DNA of 60,909 nt from a virus (taxonomy: Duplodnaviria; Caudoviricetes): IMG/VR virus record IMGVR_UViG_3300048819_000038, positions 1-60,909 of that record. The stretch is one strand, 5' to 3'. Positions 9,427 to 18,278 of the stretch are shown piece by piece. The notes under the pieces were generated by a model, which saw only the letters and a list, made by a program, of their open reading frames with translations, had not been told where the DNA came from and made no database searches. Position 1 is the first letter of the stretch; each line of letters begins with the position of its first letter. A program made the position numbers and the translations under genes.

Positions 9427-9943
9427 ATTGAACAAAAAGAATGAGCAAGACTACAGTGGCGTGACAGTGTACGACGCCCTATTCGGGGAAACCATGCTAG
9501 GGAAGTACAGTGATGCCGTAGACCATGACGCTTCTATGGCGAACTTCAAGGCGATAGTGCTGCATGAGATGATGGCTAGGTTTCCCGGTATAAATCTGGT
9601 AATCACATGCGTCCCAGGAATTCATGGAGATGCCCCTACTATTGTACAGGGTGACAAGAAGACTTCCAGTGAAAATCAGATCAACGAGGTTGGAGAGATT
9701 TATGGTGATATTTGCCTGAAAACAATCTCCGACGTTTCGTGGGTCGTGCTGAAACCCGGAGAGTCTTTCAGCCTATCCGACAAGTTGATTATGGCAATAA
9801 CGCCAATCATTATAAAGGAAGCCGATGGTCTATTCGGTGAACTTAATAAGACCGGAGTCGACTCCCTGGAAGAAGCCATCAAGGAGATCCTGCGTAAAAG
9901 AGGTACAAGCGACATCTTCGACAGGCTAAAACACCGACATTAA
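9374..9943 (+). CDS. hypothetical protein
   Basis: Long ORF in the operon; start uncertain. Confidence 0.65.
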   Translation: MIGSDTMSNGGSLNKENELNKKNEQDYSGVTVYDALFGETMLGKYSDAVDHDASMANFKAIVLHEMMARFPGINLVITCVPGIHGDAPTIVQGDKKTSSENQINEVGEIYGDICLKTISDVSWVVLKPGESFSLSDKLIMAITPIIIKEADGLFGELNKTGVDSLEEAIKEILRKRGTSDIFDRLKHRH

Positions 9944-9948
9944 GATTT

Positions 9949-9958
9949 GTGGTACAAT
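9949..9958 (+). promoter_or_regulatory. extended -10 promoter motif GTGGTAYAAT
   Basis: GTGGTACAAT; the same motif occurs at 32805-32814(-), 54987-54996(-), 55469-55478(-) and 59212-59221(+), each upstream of a gene start. Confidence 0.55.
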
Positions 9959-10000
9959 AACCACGAACCGACCGGAAGGCATCCGGAACTACAAGCAGTA

Positions 10001-10017
10001 GTAACCAAATTGGTTAC
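10001..10017. repeat. 17-bp palindrome copy 5 (extends 9996-10022)
   Basis: cagtaGTAACCAAATTGGTTACtactg. Confidence 0.95.
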
Positions 10018-10036
10018 TACTGGAAAGGGAAACACC

Positions 10037-10384
10037 ATGCACGTAGAAGGTCGTCAGGGGGACGTGCTTCTCCTTCGCCTATCAGAAGAGGAACAGGAGA
10101 TCGGAGAGCCTGAAATCCTGAAAGACAGGGATCAGGGAGACATCATCCTGGCTTATGGAGAGGTTACGGGTCACGCGCATCGTATCTCTGCCGAAAACGC
10201 AGAGAAGTACGAAGTGAGACTCGCCACAGGGATTGAGGAGTATCTTCGGGTAGTCGAGGAAGGTGGGCCTGTCTCTCTCAACCATGAGGAGCACGCAACC
10301 ATCACGCTCGCCCCCGCAGTATACGCTATCCTTCACCAAGAAGAATACCGACCCGGAGAAGTTCCGGTATACGTCCGCGATTAG
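10037..10384 (+). CDS. His-rich RQGDV / GEVTGHAH / HEEH protein, usual partner of DUF6745
   Basis: Motifs RQGDV, GEVTGHAH, HEEH, Q-EY. Confidence 0.75.
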   Translation: MHVEGRQGDVLLLRLSEEEQEIGEPEILKDRDQGDIILAYGEVTGHAHRISAENAEKYEVRLATGIEEYLRVVEEGGPVSLNHEEHATITLAPAVYAILHQEEYRPGEVPVYVRD

Positions 10385-10396
10385 TGTATCGCCATC

Positions 10397-10439
10397 TCAG
10401 CCTGCCCATATTACAGTATGGGCAGGCTGATTCTATTTT
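10397..10439 (+). terminator. intrinsic terminator
   Basis: TCAGCCTGCCCATA/TATGGGCAGGCTGA 14-bp stem plus T-rich tail. Confidence 0.7.
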
Positions 10440-10452
10440 AAGGAGCAGATAA

Positions 10453-11523
10453 ATGGAACAGATAGAGATAGATATTCCAGGTATTATCGCAGACTACGCG
10501 AAGTACTACACATCCACAGAACCGGCTGACTTCGGTATGTTCCAAGAGGCTATGGCGGGATTTCTGCATTACTTTGGTTTGGTAGAATTCTACAGAGGTA
10601 GTGTGAGGTTGGTAGAGTCTCCGTTGGAAGCCATGCGGTACATGAGCGATAGAGCAGTAAATAGCTTCCCTCGATTTGCTAAGATTTACAATTATGGGCA
10701 AGAAGGTTTTTCAATAGCGAAAGGGGTTGAATTCCAACGAATCCGTGCAGAAGTTTACAGGTCTATGCCTGTGCCTAGAAACAGGGGTGGTTTCAGGGGT
10801 GGTTTTGGATTAGAAGGCTTCTTGGAACCCGGAGTTCCTATAGCTTGGCAGGATGCACTCCGTTCAGAGGAGCAATTAACATCACTTCCCGCGCAGCAGA
10901 TGTCACCGATGCTATGCCTACAGCGTATCATTAAAACCCTTGAAGGTGAGTCATGGCAACATACGACTACTGATTACAAGGACGCTATCTCTAAAAGTGT
11001 AGGAGGTTTCTACGTTTTTAGAGATGGCGTCATTGCAGTAGACAGGCCCATTAGTCTTAATATAGACGACAGGGGGAGACTGCACAGTACCACGGATGCC
11101 GCTATAAGGTTTAGAGACGGCTCTTCAGCCTATGTGCTACACGGAGTGAACGTACCATCAGTATACATTACACACCCTGGAACAATAACAAGAGACAAAA
11201 TCACCTATGAGCGTAATGTCGAGGTTCGCAGATCCCTCATTGATCTATTCGGCATGGAGCGGTACGTCTATGAAATGTTCAACGGCATATACGTACATAA
11301 AGATAAGTACGGGGAACTTTACAAAGCAAGGCAGGATGGGGACGAAGACATCGCTATCGTCAAGGTCATCAACTCGACCCCTGAACCGGACGGAACCTAC
11401 AAAGCCTACTTCATCCGTGTCAACCCAAACGTGCGTACCGCCCATGAAGCAGTAGCCAGCACATTCCGTTACAAAGGAATTCCGCTCACCCCGGAACAGT
11501 ACAACCCACTACAGGAAAGCTAA
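10453..11523 (+). CDS. DUF6745-like domain protein
   Basis: GRLH...A.RFRDG...HGV.VP...N.EVRR...VINSTPEPDG...RV.P motifs. Confidence 0.75.
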   Translation: MEQIEIDIPGIIADYAKYYTSTEPADFGMFQEAMAGFLHYFGLVEFYRGSVRLVESPLEAMRYMSDRAVNSFPRFAKIYNYGQEGFSIAKGVEFQRIRAEVYRSMPVPRNRGGFRGGFGLEGFLEPGVPIAWQDALRSEEQLTSLPAQQMSPMLCLQRIIKTLEGESWQHTTTDYKDAISKSVGGFYVFRDGVIAVDRPISLNIDDRGRLHSTTDAAIRFRDGSSAYVLHGVNVPSVYITHPGTITRDKITYERNVEVRRSLIDLFGMERYVYEMFNGIYVHKDKYGELYKARQDGDEDIAIVKVINSTPEPDGTYKAYFIRVNPNVRTAHEAVASTFRYKGIPLTPEQYNPLQES

Positions 11524-11595
11524 CGAGCAATTCAGTAGAAAACGCTTTCCCCTTCTTGACGCAAAACACGTCTTGAAAATAGTACAGTTTACCCC

Positions 11596-11625
11596 TTGAC
11601 AAGATTACCCGTTTATGGGTATACT
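11596..11625 (+). promoter_or_regulatory. sigma70-type promoter
   Basis: TTGACA-18 nt-TATACT. Confidence 0.7.
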
Positions 11626-11631
11626 ATAGGT

Positions 11632-12095
11632 AATACAACCAAGGCGGGCTAATATAATGCGTCGCCTATCGAGTAACCAATTTGGTTACTAACCAGAAGT
11701 GACCAACGGTTAGGCTTCCATCCTGTACGGCCCTTCCTTGAAATTGAGAAGGTGACGCGGCGTTGAACCCGCTATAGAACTCTGGATGGCATCCGATGGC
11801 AAGCAGGTGAGAGTCCTGCACTATTTCGTCCTTCGGGGATCTAGTACTGTATCCTAGTAAAGCCCTTATCCGTAGCCATTCTGGTGTATGTCGGTGAAAT
11901 ACCGAATCGAAGGACAAAGATGAGAGGGATAGTTCAAAGCAGAGAACGCTTGCCGTTTTAGGCATGAAATCGGTGAGGCCCACTTACCGTCCGTCTCAAT
12001 GATCCCACCGCTAATCACGCAGTGGACTCGCAGATTGGCGAAGTCTGCGAGAGTTTCCCTATCCCCTACGTAAACCAAATACGTAGGGGATATTT
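11632..12095 (+). ncRNA. candidate large structured ncRNA, family unknown
   Basis: About 460 nt with no credible ORF, nested long-range helices, T-loop-like hairpins and a terminal 13-bp hairpin. Confidence 0.6.
11673..11689. repeat. 17-bp palindrome copy 6
   Basis: GTAACCAATTTGGTTAC. Confidence 0.95.
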
Positions 12096-12100
12096 CATTT
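12060..12100 (+). terminator. intrinsic terminator
   Basis: TATCCCCTACGTA/TACGTAGGGGATA followed by TTTCATTT. Confidence 0.65.
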
Positions 12101-12114
12101 ACAAGGAGAATAGT

Positions 12115-12360
12115 ATGCCATCCATAAACGTAACAAGGTCGGAGGATCGTCTTCGGATCTTCTCCTATCAGACTTGTATTAAGGAGTACTTCACGGAAGA
12201 CGGTAAGGAGTACTCGATAGGAAATACGACATGGTACTCTAAGACCACAACACGCCATCAGAAAGAAGAACATGTTTGGGACTGTGACTTCACTATTGGT
12301 GATGTTCCAAAAGGCACGAGAAGTCTAAAGAACTACCTGGACAACCAGAGGAGGAAATGA
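12115..12360 (+). CDS. hypothetical protein
   Basis: AAGGAG RBS, ATG at 12115; YSKTTTRHQ motif. Confidence 0.7.
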   Translation: MPSINVTRSEDRLRIFSYQTCIKEYFTEDGKEYSIGNTTWYSKTTTRHQKEEHVWDCDFTIGDVPKGTRSLKNYLDNQRRK

Positions 12361-12608
12361 TGGAAGAGAATAGTAAACTGGATAAACTGTTTATCAATGT
12401 CGTAAGGTTGATAGGATGGGGCAGGGCAGAAAAACTGATGGAAACTCTGGTACGTGAGCCTGGAACATATACAACAGTTAAGAAACTTATTGTCAGTGCC
12501 GCTATCAACTTACAGGCGGCAGCGCATGAGAGAGGGTTCCGAGTGTCTGAGGCGATAGAGGAACACTTCAGGGATGGTGATAGTAAGGATGGAAAACGAG
12601 GGTCTTAG
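12357..12608 (+). CDS. hypothetical protein
   Basis: ATGA overlap, GAGGAGG RBS. Confidence 0.6.
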   Translation: MMEENSKLDKLFINVVRLIGWGRAEKLMETLVREPGTYTTVKKLIVSAAINLQAAAHERGFRVSEAIEEHFRDGDSKDGKRGS

Positions 12609-12984
12609 GTCTGCACCACAAGCCTACGCTATGGCCCTCGTTTGGGAGAGGGCCAAGCGTTTGTTTCTCCCATTCGATTCCAGGGAGAAGGATACTACCG
12701 GCTATCAAATGATCGTACAGTTAGTGGATGGTAAGCCTACTGGAAAGGCACACATTAACAAGCCGGATAAGTCCAGAGACAGGGAACTCACACTCTCCAA
12801 TAAAGGATACTACAAAGTAAACCTATCGACAGGAGAGTGTGACTGCTACCACTATGAGAAGAATGGTTACTGCAAGCACAGTATGGCCGCGAAGTGGTGG
12901 CCTGCAACCTATCACCATGAACTGATCCCGTCCAAGAATGGGAAGTACGCATTCGTAAGGTTCACAGAAAGGAAGGCAAAGTGA
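12574..12984 (+). CDS. SWIM zinc-finger protein
   Basis: YKV...CDC...CKH pattern. Confidence 0.75.
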   Translation: MVIVRMENEGLRSAPQAYAMALVWERAKRLFLPFDSREKDTTGYQMIVQLVDGKPTGKAHINKPDKSRDRELTLSNKGYYKVNLSTGECDCYHYEKNGYCKHSMAAKWWPATYHHELIPSKNGKYAFVRFTERKAK

Positions 12985-13176
12985 AATACATAAATTCATT
13001 CTCACACTGTTCGTAACTACGACTATGGAGAAGTACGTGAATGAAGTTATCTTCTTCCAACCATCCGAGGAAGGAGTAGCTTACTCTGAAAAAGAGGAAG
13101 ATATGGACATAAGTATGGAGTATATTCGAGTTACCCAGGATGGGGAAATGGAATTCATTTACAAAGGAGAAATCAA

Positions 13177-13983
13177 GTGACAGAGGCTAGGGGTTGCGGA
13201 AATAGCAGAGTTCAGGGCGGCGTGTATTTAGTCACCAAATTGGTTACTAACGGGAAGCCACTAGAGGATTTCTTGATAGACCCACCTGTGACTGTACCGG
13301 AGAACCTACACGTACCGTACCAGGGGATGACTACTTTCGAGAGAGAGCAGGTATGCCCAAAGTGTATAGGCGATCATAAGAAGTTTCAGTCCTATATGAG
13401 CATGGGCTATCGGTGTGATCTGTGCAATGGGGAGGGTAAGATAAAGGTTCACCATATAGCCGACCACATAGGAACTTCCCACTATCCACACCCGATAGAT
13501 GACATCGAGGAGGTGCGTGCGGTTGGTTCCTCTCGGCGTATCCCTAGCAACTTTCCATTTCACCTACTGACGAAGGAGAGCAGGCACTTCCGTTGTCACG
13601 AAAAGTCTTATATCCACAACTGGATGGAGTATGGTAGGTGGTGGGGATGCCCCAAGAGACACCCACTTCATTTGCCACCGTGGGCGCATCCTAAGTTTGA
13701 GGATATGTGCATCGGAATGCTATGGGAAGACTATGACCCGCCTATGCTTGATGGTGGTGGAGGGTCTACAGACAATCCAGGGATTACAGTAAACTTGCCT
13801 TGTGGTAAGACTTTCAACTGTAATCGTCGTCCGTTCGGTGTAAAGCCAGACTATAGCAGAGCATTCTACATGGCTTTACCTATCTCCAGCATCGACGTAT
13901 TGACCTCTAGGACGGGCGTACACGAGGCAAACTACGAGAGGGCTAGTAAATCCGGGTTGCCGGTAGAAATGGTAGGTGAGTGA
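13177..13983 (+). CDS. Cys/His-rich hypothetical protein
   Basis: RGCG...GGVYL N-terminus; CPKC and CDLC Zn ribbon. Confidence 0.7.
   Translation: MTEARGCGNSRVQGGVYLVTKLVTNGKPLEDFLIDPPVTVPENLHVPYQGMTTFEREQVCPKCIGDHKKFQSYMSMGYRCDLCNGEGKIKVHHIADHIGTSHYPHPIDDIEEVRAVGSSRRIPSNFPFHLLTKESRHFRCHEKSYIHNWMEYGRWWGCPKRHPLHLPPWAHPKFEDMCIGMLWEDYDPPMLDGGGGSTDNPGITVNLPCGKTFNCNRRPFGVKPDYSRAFYMALPISSIDVLTSRTGVHEANYERASKSGLPVEMVGE
13231..13247. repeat. 17-bp palindrome copy 7 (one mismatch, intragenic)
   Basis: GTCACCAAATTGGTTAC, encodes VTKLVT. Confidence 0.85.
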
Positions 13984-14561
13984 TGACATATCAAAATGAT
14001 CCGCCTGTGAAGATGGACTCCGTACTAGACGAACTACGTATGGACGAGTACCGTGATCCAACCCCATTGGAAGACGACGATCCTCCTACCTGGGAACAGG
14101 AGACGGAGTTCTTGGAATGGTATTTAAAGGGTATGACGGCCCTAGATGCCGAGGAGGGGCTTGTCAAAGAACAGTACAACCGAATGATGAACGACATCGC
14201 AAATTCCAAGCGTCTACTGATGGAATCTCACGCAGCAGAGTTTGAGAGGATTGCCCTAGAGCGTATCTCTCAGCAGAAAAACACAAGCCAGATTCGCCTA
14301 TTTCATGGGGACATATCTGCTAGGAAATACAGGTCTTCCATGCGGGTTACGGACAGTGATCTCGCCGTACAATGGGCACTACAGAACCGTCCTGAGATAA
14401 CCAGGACGAGGGTTACTGTAAACTTTATGGAGTATATCAAATCGGCAAAAGAGATGAGCGCAGAGACAGGGGAAGTGCCACCTGGAATTACCATCACCGA
14501 ACCGAAAACTGTGCTATACTATCCGGGTAAGCCGAAAGGAGTTTCCAATGAGGATGAATAA
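13980..14561 (+). CDS. Mu Gam / Gp157-like DNA end-protection protein
   Basis: Coiled coil followed by LFHG.IS.RK...W...TGEVPPGITITE. Confidence 0.65.
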   Translation: MMTYQNDPPVKMDSVLDELRMDEYRDPTPLEDDDPPTWEQETEFLEWYLKGMTALDAEEGLVKEQYNRMMNDIANSKRLLMESHAAEFERIALERISQQKNTSQIRLFHGDISARKYRSSMRVTDSDLAVQWALQNRPEITRTRVTVNFMEYIKSAKEMSAETGEVPPGITITEPKTVLYYPGKPKGVSNEDE

Positions 14562-14862
14562 CAGAGAGCCAGAAGATGCAGAAGAGGCAACAGAGCGATA
14601 CCTTCGTGCCATACACGCCATGCAGACCGGGGTGGCGTATATGCAAGAGTACGACCAATCGGAGAAGGACATCAAGCACATTCGCGTTGGGGTGAATTCC
14701 GCTCTTGTCAGCGGTGCAGCACTTGCCCAACTCCTTATCGAGAAAGGCGTTATCACAAGAGAGGAGTACCACACCGCGCAAGCAGACGCAATGGAAGAAG
14801 AGGTAGCACGGTACGAGAAGATGCTGGAAGAGAAGCTAGGAGTGAAGATAACCCTACTATGA
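14548..14862 (+). CDS. conserved phage hypothetical protein
   Basis: HAMQTGVA...KH.RVGVN...LLIEKGVIT motif. Confidence 0.7.
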   Translation: MRMNNREPEDAEEATERYLRAIHAMQTGVAYMQEYDQSEKDIKHIRVGVNSALVSGAALAQLLIEKGVITREEYHTAQADAMEEEVARYEKMLEEKLGVKITLL

Positions 14863-15755
14863 CTACCGAACTACAAGTCACGATGGATCTTCTTCCGGAC
14901 AAGCCCCTGAAGGGGAAGTTCGTGAAGAGTTACCCACTCGACAAGATACCGGACAATGAGTTTATCATCGGGGAGGATGCCCCGGAGTCATTGGTAGACT
15001 CCATCTTTCGACTAGGGGTGCTTACGCCTATCTTCCTGATCGAACTTGACAAACCACCGCATCCGGATATTGCGGTGATGATCGCCGCCGGGAGGAGGAG
15101 GATTAAGGCGGCAAGACGGATAGGACTTACCGGGATTCCTGCGATTGTATTTCCTCCTGGAACTGGCAGAGAAGTACTCACCCTGGTAGAAAACCAGGAA
15201 CGCAGTATGAATGCTGCCGCCGACTTGGAAGCGATAGAGACGCTGATTAAAGAGCGTCACGCGACCGAACACGACATCCGACTGGCAACAGGAATGCCTA
15301 TACAGACGATCCGTGCCAGGATGAAACTCACAACCCTGATACCGCCTCTAAAGGATCTCCTGAAGTCAGGAGGACTTCCAATCCAACTTGCAGAACGTAT
15401 CTGCAAGTTACCAGTCGTAGAGCAGAACCGATTTATCGTGGAGAGTGAAGGAGAGATAACCAATAAGACCGTGAAGGAGTTCTTCCAGGCAAAGAAGGAG
15501 AGTGCGGTATCAGGACTGCCAGAGAGCATGTTCAGTGAACCCGAACTTGAATCTTCCAGTCCTCCTGAAGAAGTAACCAATTTGGTTACTTATGGTGAAC
15601 CGTACTATGAAGAACCAGTTCGTGTTTACCCTATCCTTATGTCCGATGAGAAGTACGTAAGGTTCCTTCAAGAAAAGGAACCAGACAGGGCGGATATACT
15701 TATCATCGGAAGCGCATTGAAGTTCTACGCGGTACTGAAAGGATACAAGGAATGA
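14859..15755 (+). CDS. ParB/Spo0J-like protein (CTPase fold plus HTH)
   Basis: L.DSI...GVL.PI...IAAGRRRIKAA...IPA...VENQER, then an HTH. Confidence 0.85.
   Translation: MTTELQVTMDLLPDKPLKGKFVKSYPLDKIPDNEFIIGEDAPESLVDSIFRLGVLTPIFLIELDKPPHPDIAVMIAAGRRRIKAARRIGLTGIPAIVFPPGTGREVLTLVENQERSMNAAADLEAIETLIKERHATEHDIRLATGMPIQTIRARMKLTTLIPPLKDLLKSGGLPIQLAERICKLPVVEQNRFIVESEGEITNKTVKEFFQAKKESAVSGLPESMFSEPELESSSPPEEVTNLVTYGEPYYEEPVRVYPILMSDEKYVRFLQEKEPDRADILIIGSALKFYAVLKGYKE
15573..15589. repeat. 17-bp palindrome copy 8 (inside the ParB-like gene)
   Basis: GTAACCAATTTGGTTAC, encodes VTNLVT. Confidence 0.95.
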
Positions 15756-15961
15756 GAGTAAAATACGAAGACTTGAGACTGCATGACGTACTGATTAACG
15801 GGCCTGGGAATGAGTGCTTACAGGAAGGGGCCGAGTCTATCGTAAGAATAAAAGACTCAATATACTGCGTGATATGCACACAGGGGTAGCACTACCTGGA
15901 CGCCGACAAAGACCACGACGGATACATGATGTCATTTACAAAGAAGGAGAAAAAGGAATGA
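15752..15961 (+). CDS. hypothetical protein with an internal in-frame TAG at 15887-15889
   Basis: MRVKYEDL...CVICTQG*HYLDADKDHDGYMMSFTKKEKKE*; ATGA overlaps at both ends. Confidence 0.6.
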
Positions 15962-16061
15962 GTGGATCAGACATGGCAAGCGTGATCGTTGTAGGGATGG
16001 TGACAGTGATTATGATAATAGTTGGTATTATCGTGGATAGTGATAATAGAAAGAAGTAGGT

Positions 16062-17582
16062 ATGTGGAACGATCAACAAGAGGCTATCTTCTCACATATC
16101 GAATGGAGGGATGGGGACCTTATTGTTGAGGCAGATGCAGGGACAGGGAAAACCTCAACTATTACCGAAGCGCACCATCGTATGTTTCCAGAGATACGGG
16201 ACAACTCCGTATCTCTGTCTTTTAACAGGCACATCAATGAGGAACTGAAACTTCACATGCCGGAAGGCGTTCGTGTGAATACCATCCACTCCATCGGTAT
16301 GTCTGCCCTCCTGAAACACTTTCACCCTTCCTCGAATAGATATGTGGATAAGTGGAAGTATGTCAACCTTGTTGATGAGGCTTTCGAGTCCTTAGATGTC
16401 AAGGGTAAGCCTACAGAACTATGGAGGTGGAAGGAGGTATGCGTTGACCTGATTGGAAAGTCTCAACTCACACTTTCCGACACAGACCCCATGAACCTGA
16501 TGATTACCATGATGCACTTCGGGATAGACTCGACAATGGATCTAGGGCTGATGTCCAGGATCGTGACCGGGGCTATTCGCATAGGGTCGGATATGTGCAA
16601 CCGTGTGGTAGACTTCAATGACATGGTGCATCAAATCGCCATAGGGAGAGTTCGGGTTGAGAAGTACCTATCCGTTGCAGTAGACGAGATGCAGGACATG
16701 AACCCGGCGCAACAAGCTGTTGTATTTCACCTGTTAGATGTCGGAGGTCAAGTGTACGGATTTGGAGATTCTTTCCAATCCATCTATGGGTTTGCGGGGG
16801 CAGATACGATAGGGATGGAGACGTTCCGTGTACGACTCAATGCGAGTACCCTGCCTCTCACGGTATGCTATAGGTGTCCTAAGAGTCACCTAGTTCTGGC
16901 AAGGAAGCTGGTTCCCTCCATCCAGGATGCACCAAATGCCAGGGAAGGGATTGTCGAAGTACTGGCAAGCCAATGGGCTATCTACCAGAACTTTGGTTGG
17001 TCGCACAGTGATCTCTGGATATGCCGAACGACGGCTCCTCTGATAGAACACTGCCTCAACTTAATCCAGGCAGACATCCCCGCAAATGTGATTGGAAAGG
17101 ATATGGCAAAAGGGATGGCACGCGCCCTATCGGAAATATCCGACATAAAAGGCTTTACTTTCCGTGAGTTCCCCCGGTACTTAAACGAATGGCTGGACAA
17201 GAAAGTGGAGTCCTTTCGTGAGCAACGCAGGAATGAACTGGCTATCTCTGCGATGGAAGATACGGCACGGTCGCTTATGCATATCCATCGGAGGGGAATA
17301 GCGGAGTACAATGTCCGTAGTGTGAAGGGACTAAAGAACTACGCGGACACACTCTTTAAGAAAGACCCCATCATCGGTCAGGTATCCCTGGCAACGATCC
17401 ATCGCTCTAAGGGACTACAAGCCGATAACGTTTACGTTCTTAACCCGGAACAGTTGCCGCACAGCAAGGCGAAACTGGAATGGGAGCAAGAGCAAGAGAT
17501 GCACCTGGAATACATTGCGTATACCAGGAGTAAGAACGCCCTGTACTTCATAGGGCAGATGCCAAAAGGGAGGAGTGAATGA
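16062..17582 (+). CDS. UvrD/Rep-family SF1 helicase
   Basis: ADAGTGKT, VDEMQD, GDSFQSIYGFAGA, YRCP, TIHRSKGL, YIAYTRSK. Confidence 0.92.
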   Translation: MWNDQQEAIFSHIEWRDGDLIVEADAGTGKTSTITEAHHRMFPEIRDNSVSLSFNRHINEELKLHMPEGVRVNTIHSIGMSALLKHFHPSSNRYVDKWKYVNLVDEAFESLDVKGKPTELWRWKEVCVDLIGKSQLTLSDTDPMNLMITMMHFGIDSTMDLGLMSRIVTGAIRIGSDMCNRVVDFNDMVHQIAIGRVRVEKYLSVAVDEMQDMNPAQQAVVFHLLDVGGQVYGFGDSFQSIYGFAGADTIGMETFRVRLNASTLPLTVCYRCPKSHLVLARKLVPSIQDAPNAREGIVEVLASQWAIYQNFGWSHSDLWICRTTAPLIEHCLNLIQADIPANVIGKDMAKGMARALSEISDIKGFTFREFPRYLNEWLDKKVESFREQRRNELAISAMEDTARSLMHIHRRGIAEYNVRSVKGLKNYADTLFKKDPIIGQVSLATIHRSKGLQADNVYVLNPEQLPHSKAKLEWEQEQEMHLEYIAYTRSKNALYFIGQMPKGRSE

Positions 17583-17739
17583 AGTATAGAGCATTCAAGA
17601 AAGTCTACAGGAAGGCGAAGCTAAGCGTTGAAAGAAAAAGTACGCAAAACGTAGAGAAGGCGGTCTACGTACAATATCGCTATATTACTAGCAAGTGGTT
17701 TGATAGGTACTGGCCTAGAATCATAAAGGAGAAATCGGT

Positions 17740-17985
17740 ATGATAACAGAAACACACCCACGCGCCCTGTTTACCATCGTGAAGGAGATCCGGTCGGACT
17801 GGAAAAAGCCCTACTTCGGGGCTGTGCCTTATATGCAAGCAATGGATTGTATGTATGACATGAACTCGAAATTCGGGGCCGACAGTGCAAAAGAGATCGT
17901 GCTACGCTTCCTGTCCAATGCTTCTACTTGGAGAGGTGAGACGGCACGACGCATAAAGGCGGAACTCAAGGAGATGGTGAAGTGA
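17740..17985 (+). CDS. conserved phage hypothetical protein
   Basis: YFGAVPY...FLSNASTWRGETARRIKAEL. Confidence 0.75.
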   Translation: MITETHPRALFTIVKEIRSDWKKPYFGAVPYMQAMDCMYDMNSKFGADSAKEIVLRFLSNASTWRGETARRIKAELKEMVK

Positions 17986-18278
17986 CAGAAGTAGATCGCA
18001 TCAACCAGGAACAGGGATGGATCGCTCATCGGTGGACGGAAGACGGTCAAATAATCACACTGTTTCCTCTGACGTTTGGTAGGACTCGGATTGGGATTGG
18101 CTCGGATATGTATTACATCCGAGACATGTGGTGATTTTCGGACTTGGAAAGCGGTCTGCTTTCCTACCTACTTTGGAACCCGGAAGTAGATCCAGAACCG
18201 GGAGGATGGATGCGACATCCACCGTCAGGACGACAAAGACCAGAAGGCGATGCAAGCAAGGAGTACGTTTATGAGTGA
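17982..18278 (+). CDS. putative selenoprotein (TGA at 18132-18134, codon 51)
   Basis: ORF exactly fills the intergenic gap; DMW*F then EPGGWMRHP.SGR; SECIS-like hairpin 11 nt downstream. Confidence 0.7.
18146..18164 (+). promoter_or_regulatory. bacterial SECIS-like hairpin
   Basis: GGAAAGC-GGTCT-GCTTTCC, starting 11 nt after TGA. Confidence 0.65.

Noticed and set aside
11666-12273. - strand ORFs of 105 and 135 aa across the ncRNA candidate
   Set aside because: No RBS, opposite to the local promoter and terminator, and implausible composition
12981-13180. Possible frameshifted gene (GTG 12981 versus the frame of ATG 13025)
   Set aside because: It could simply start at the downstream ATG; no slippery motif or homology support is visible
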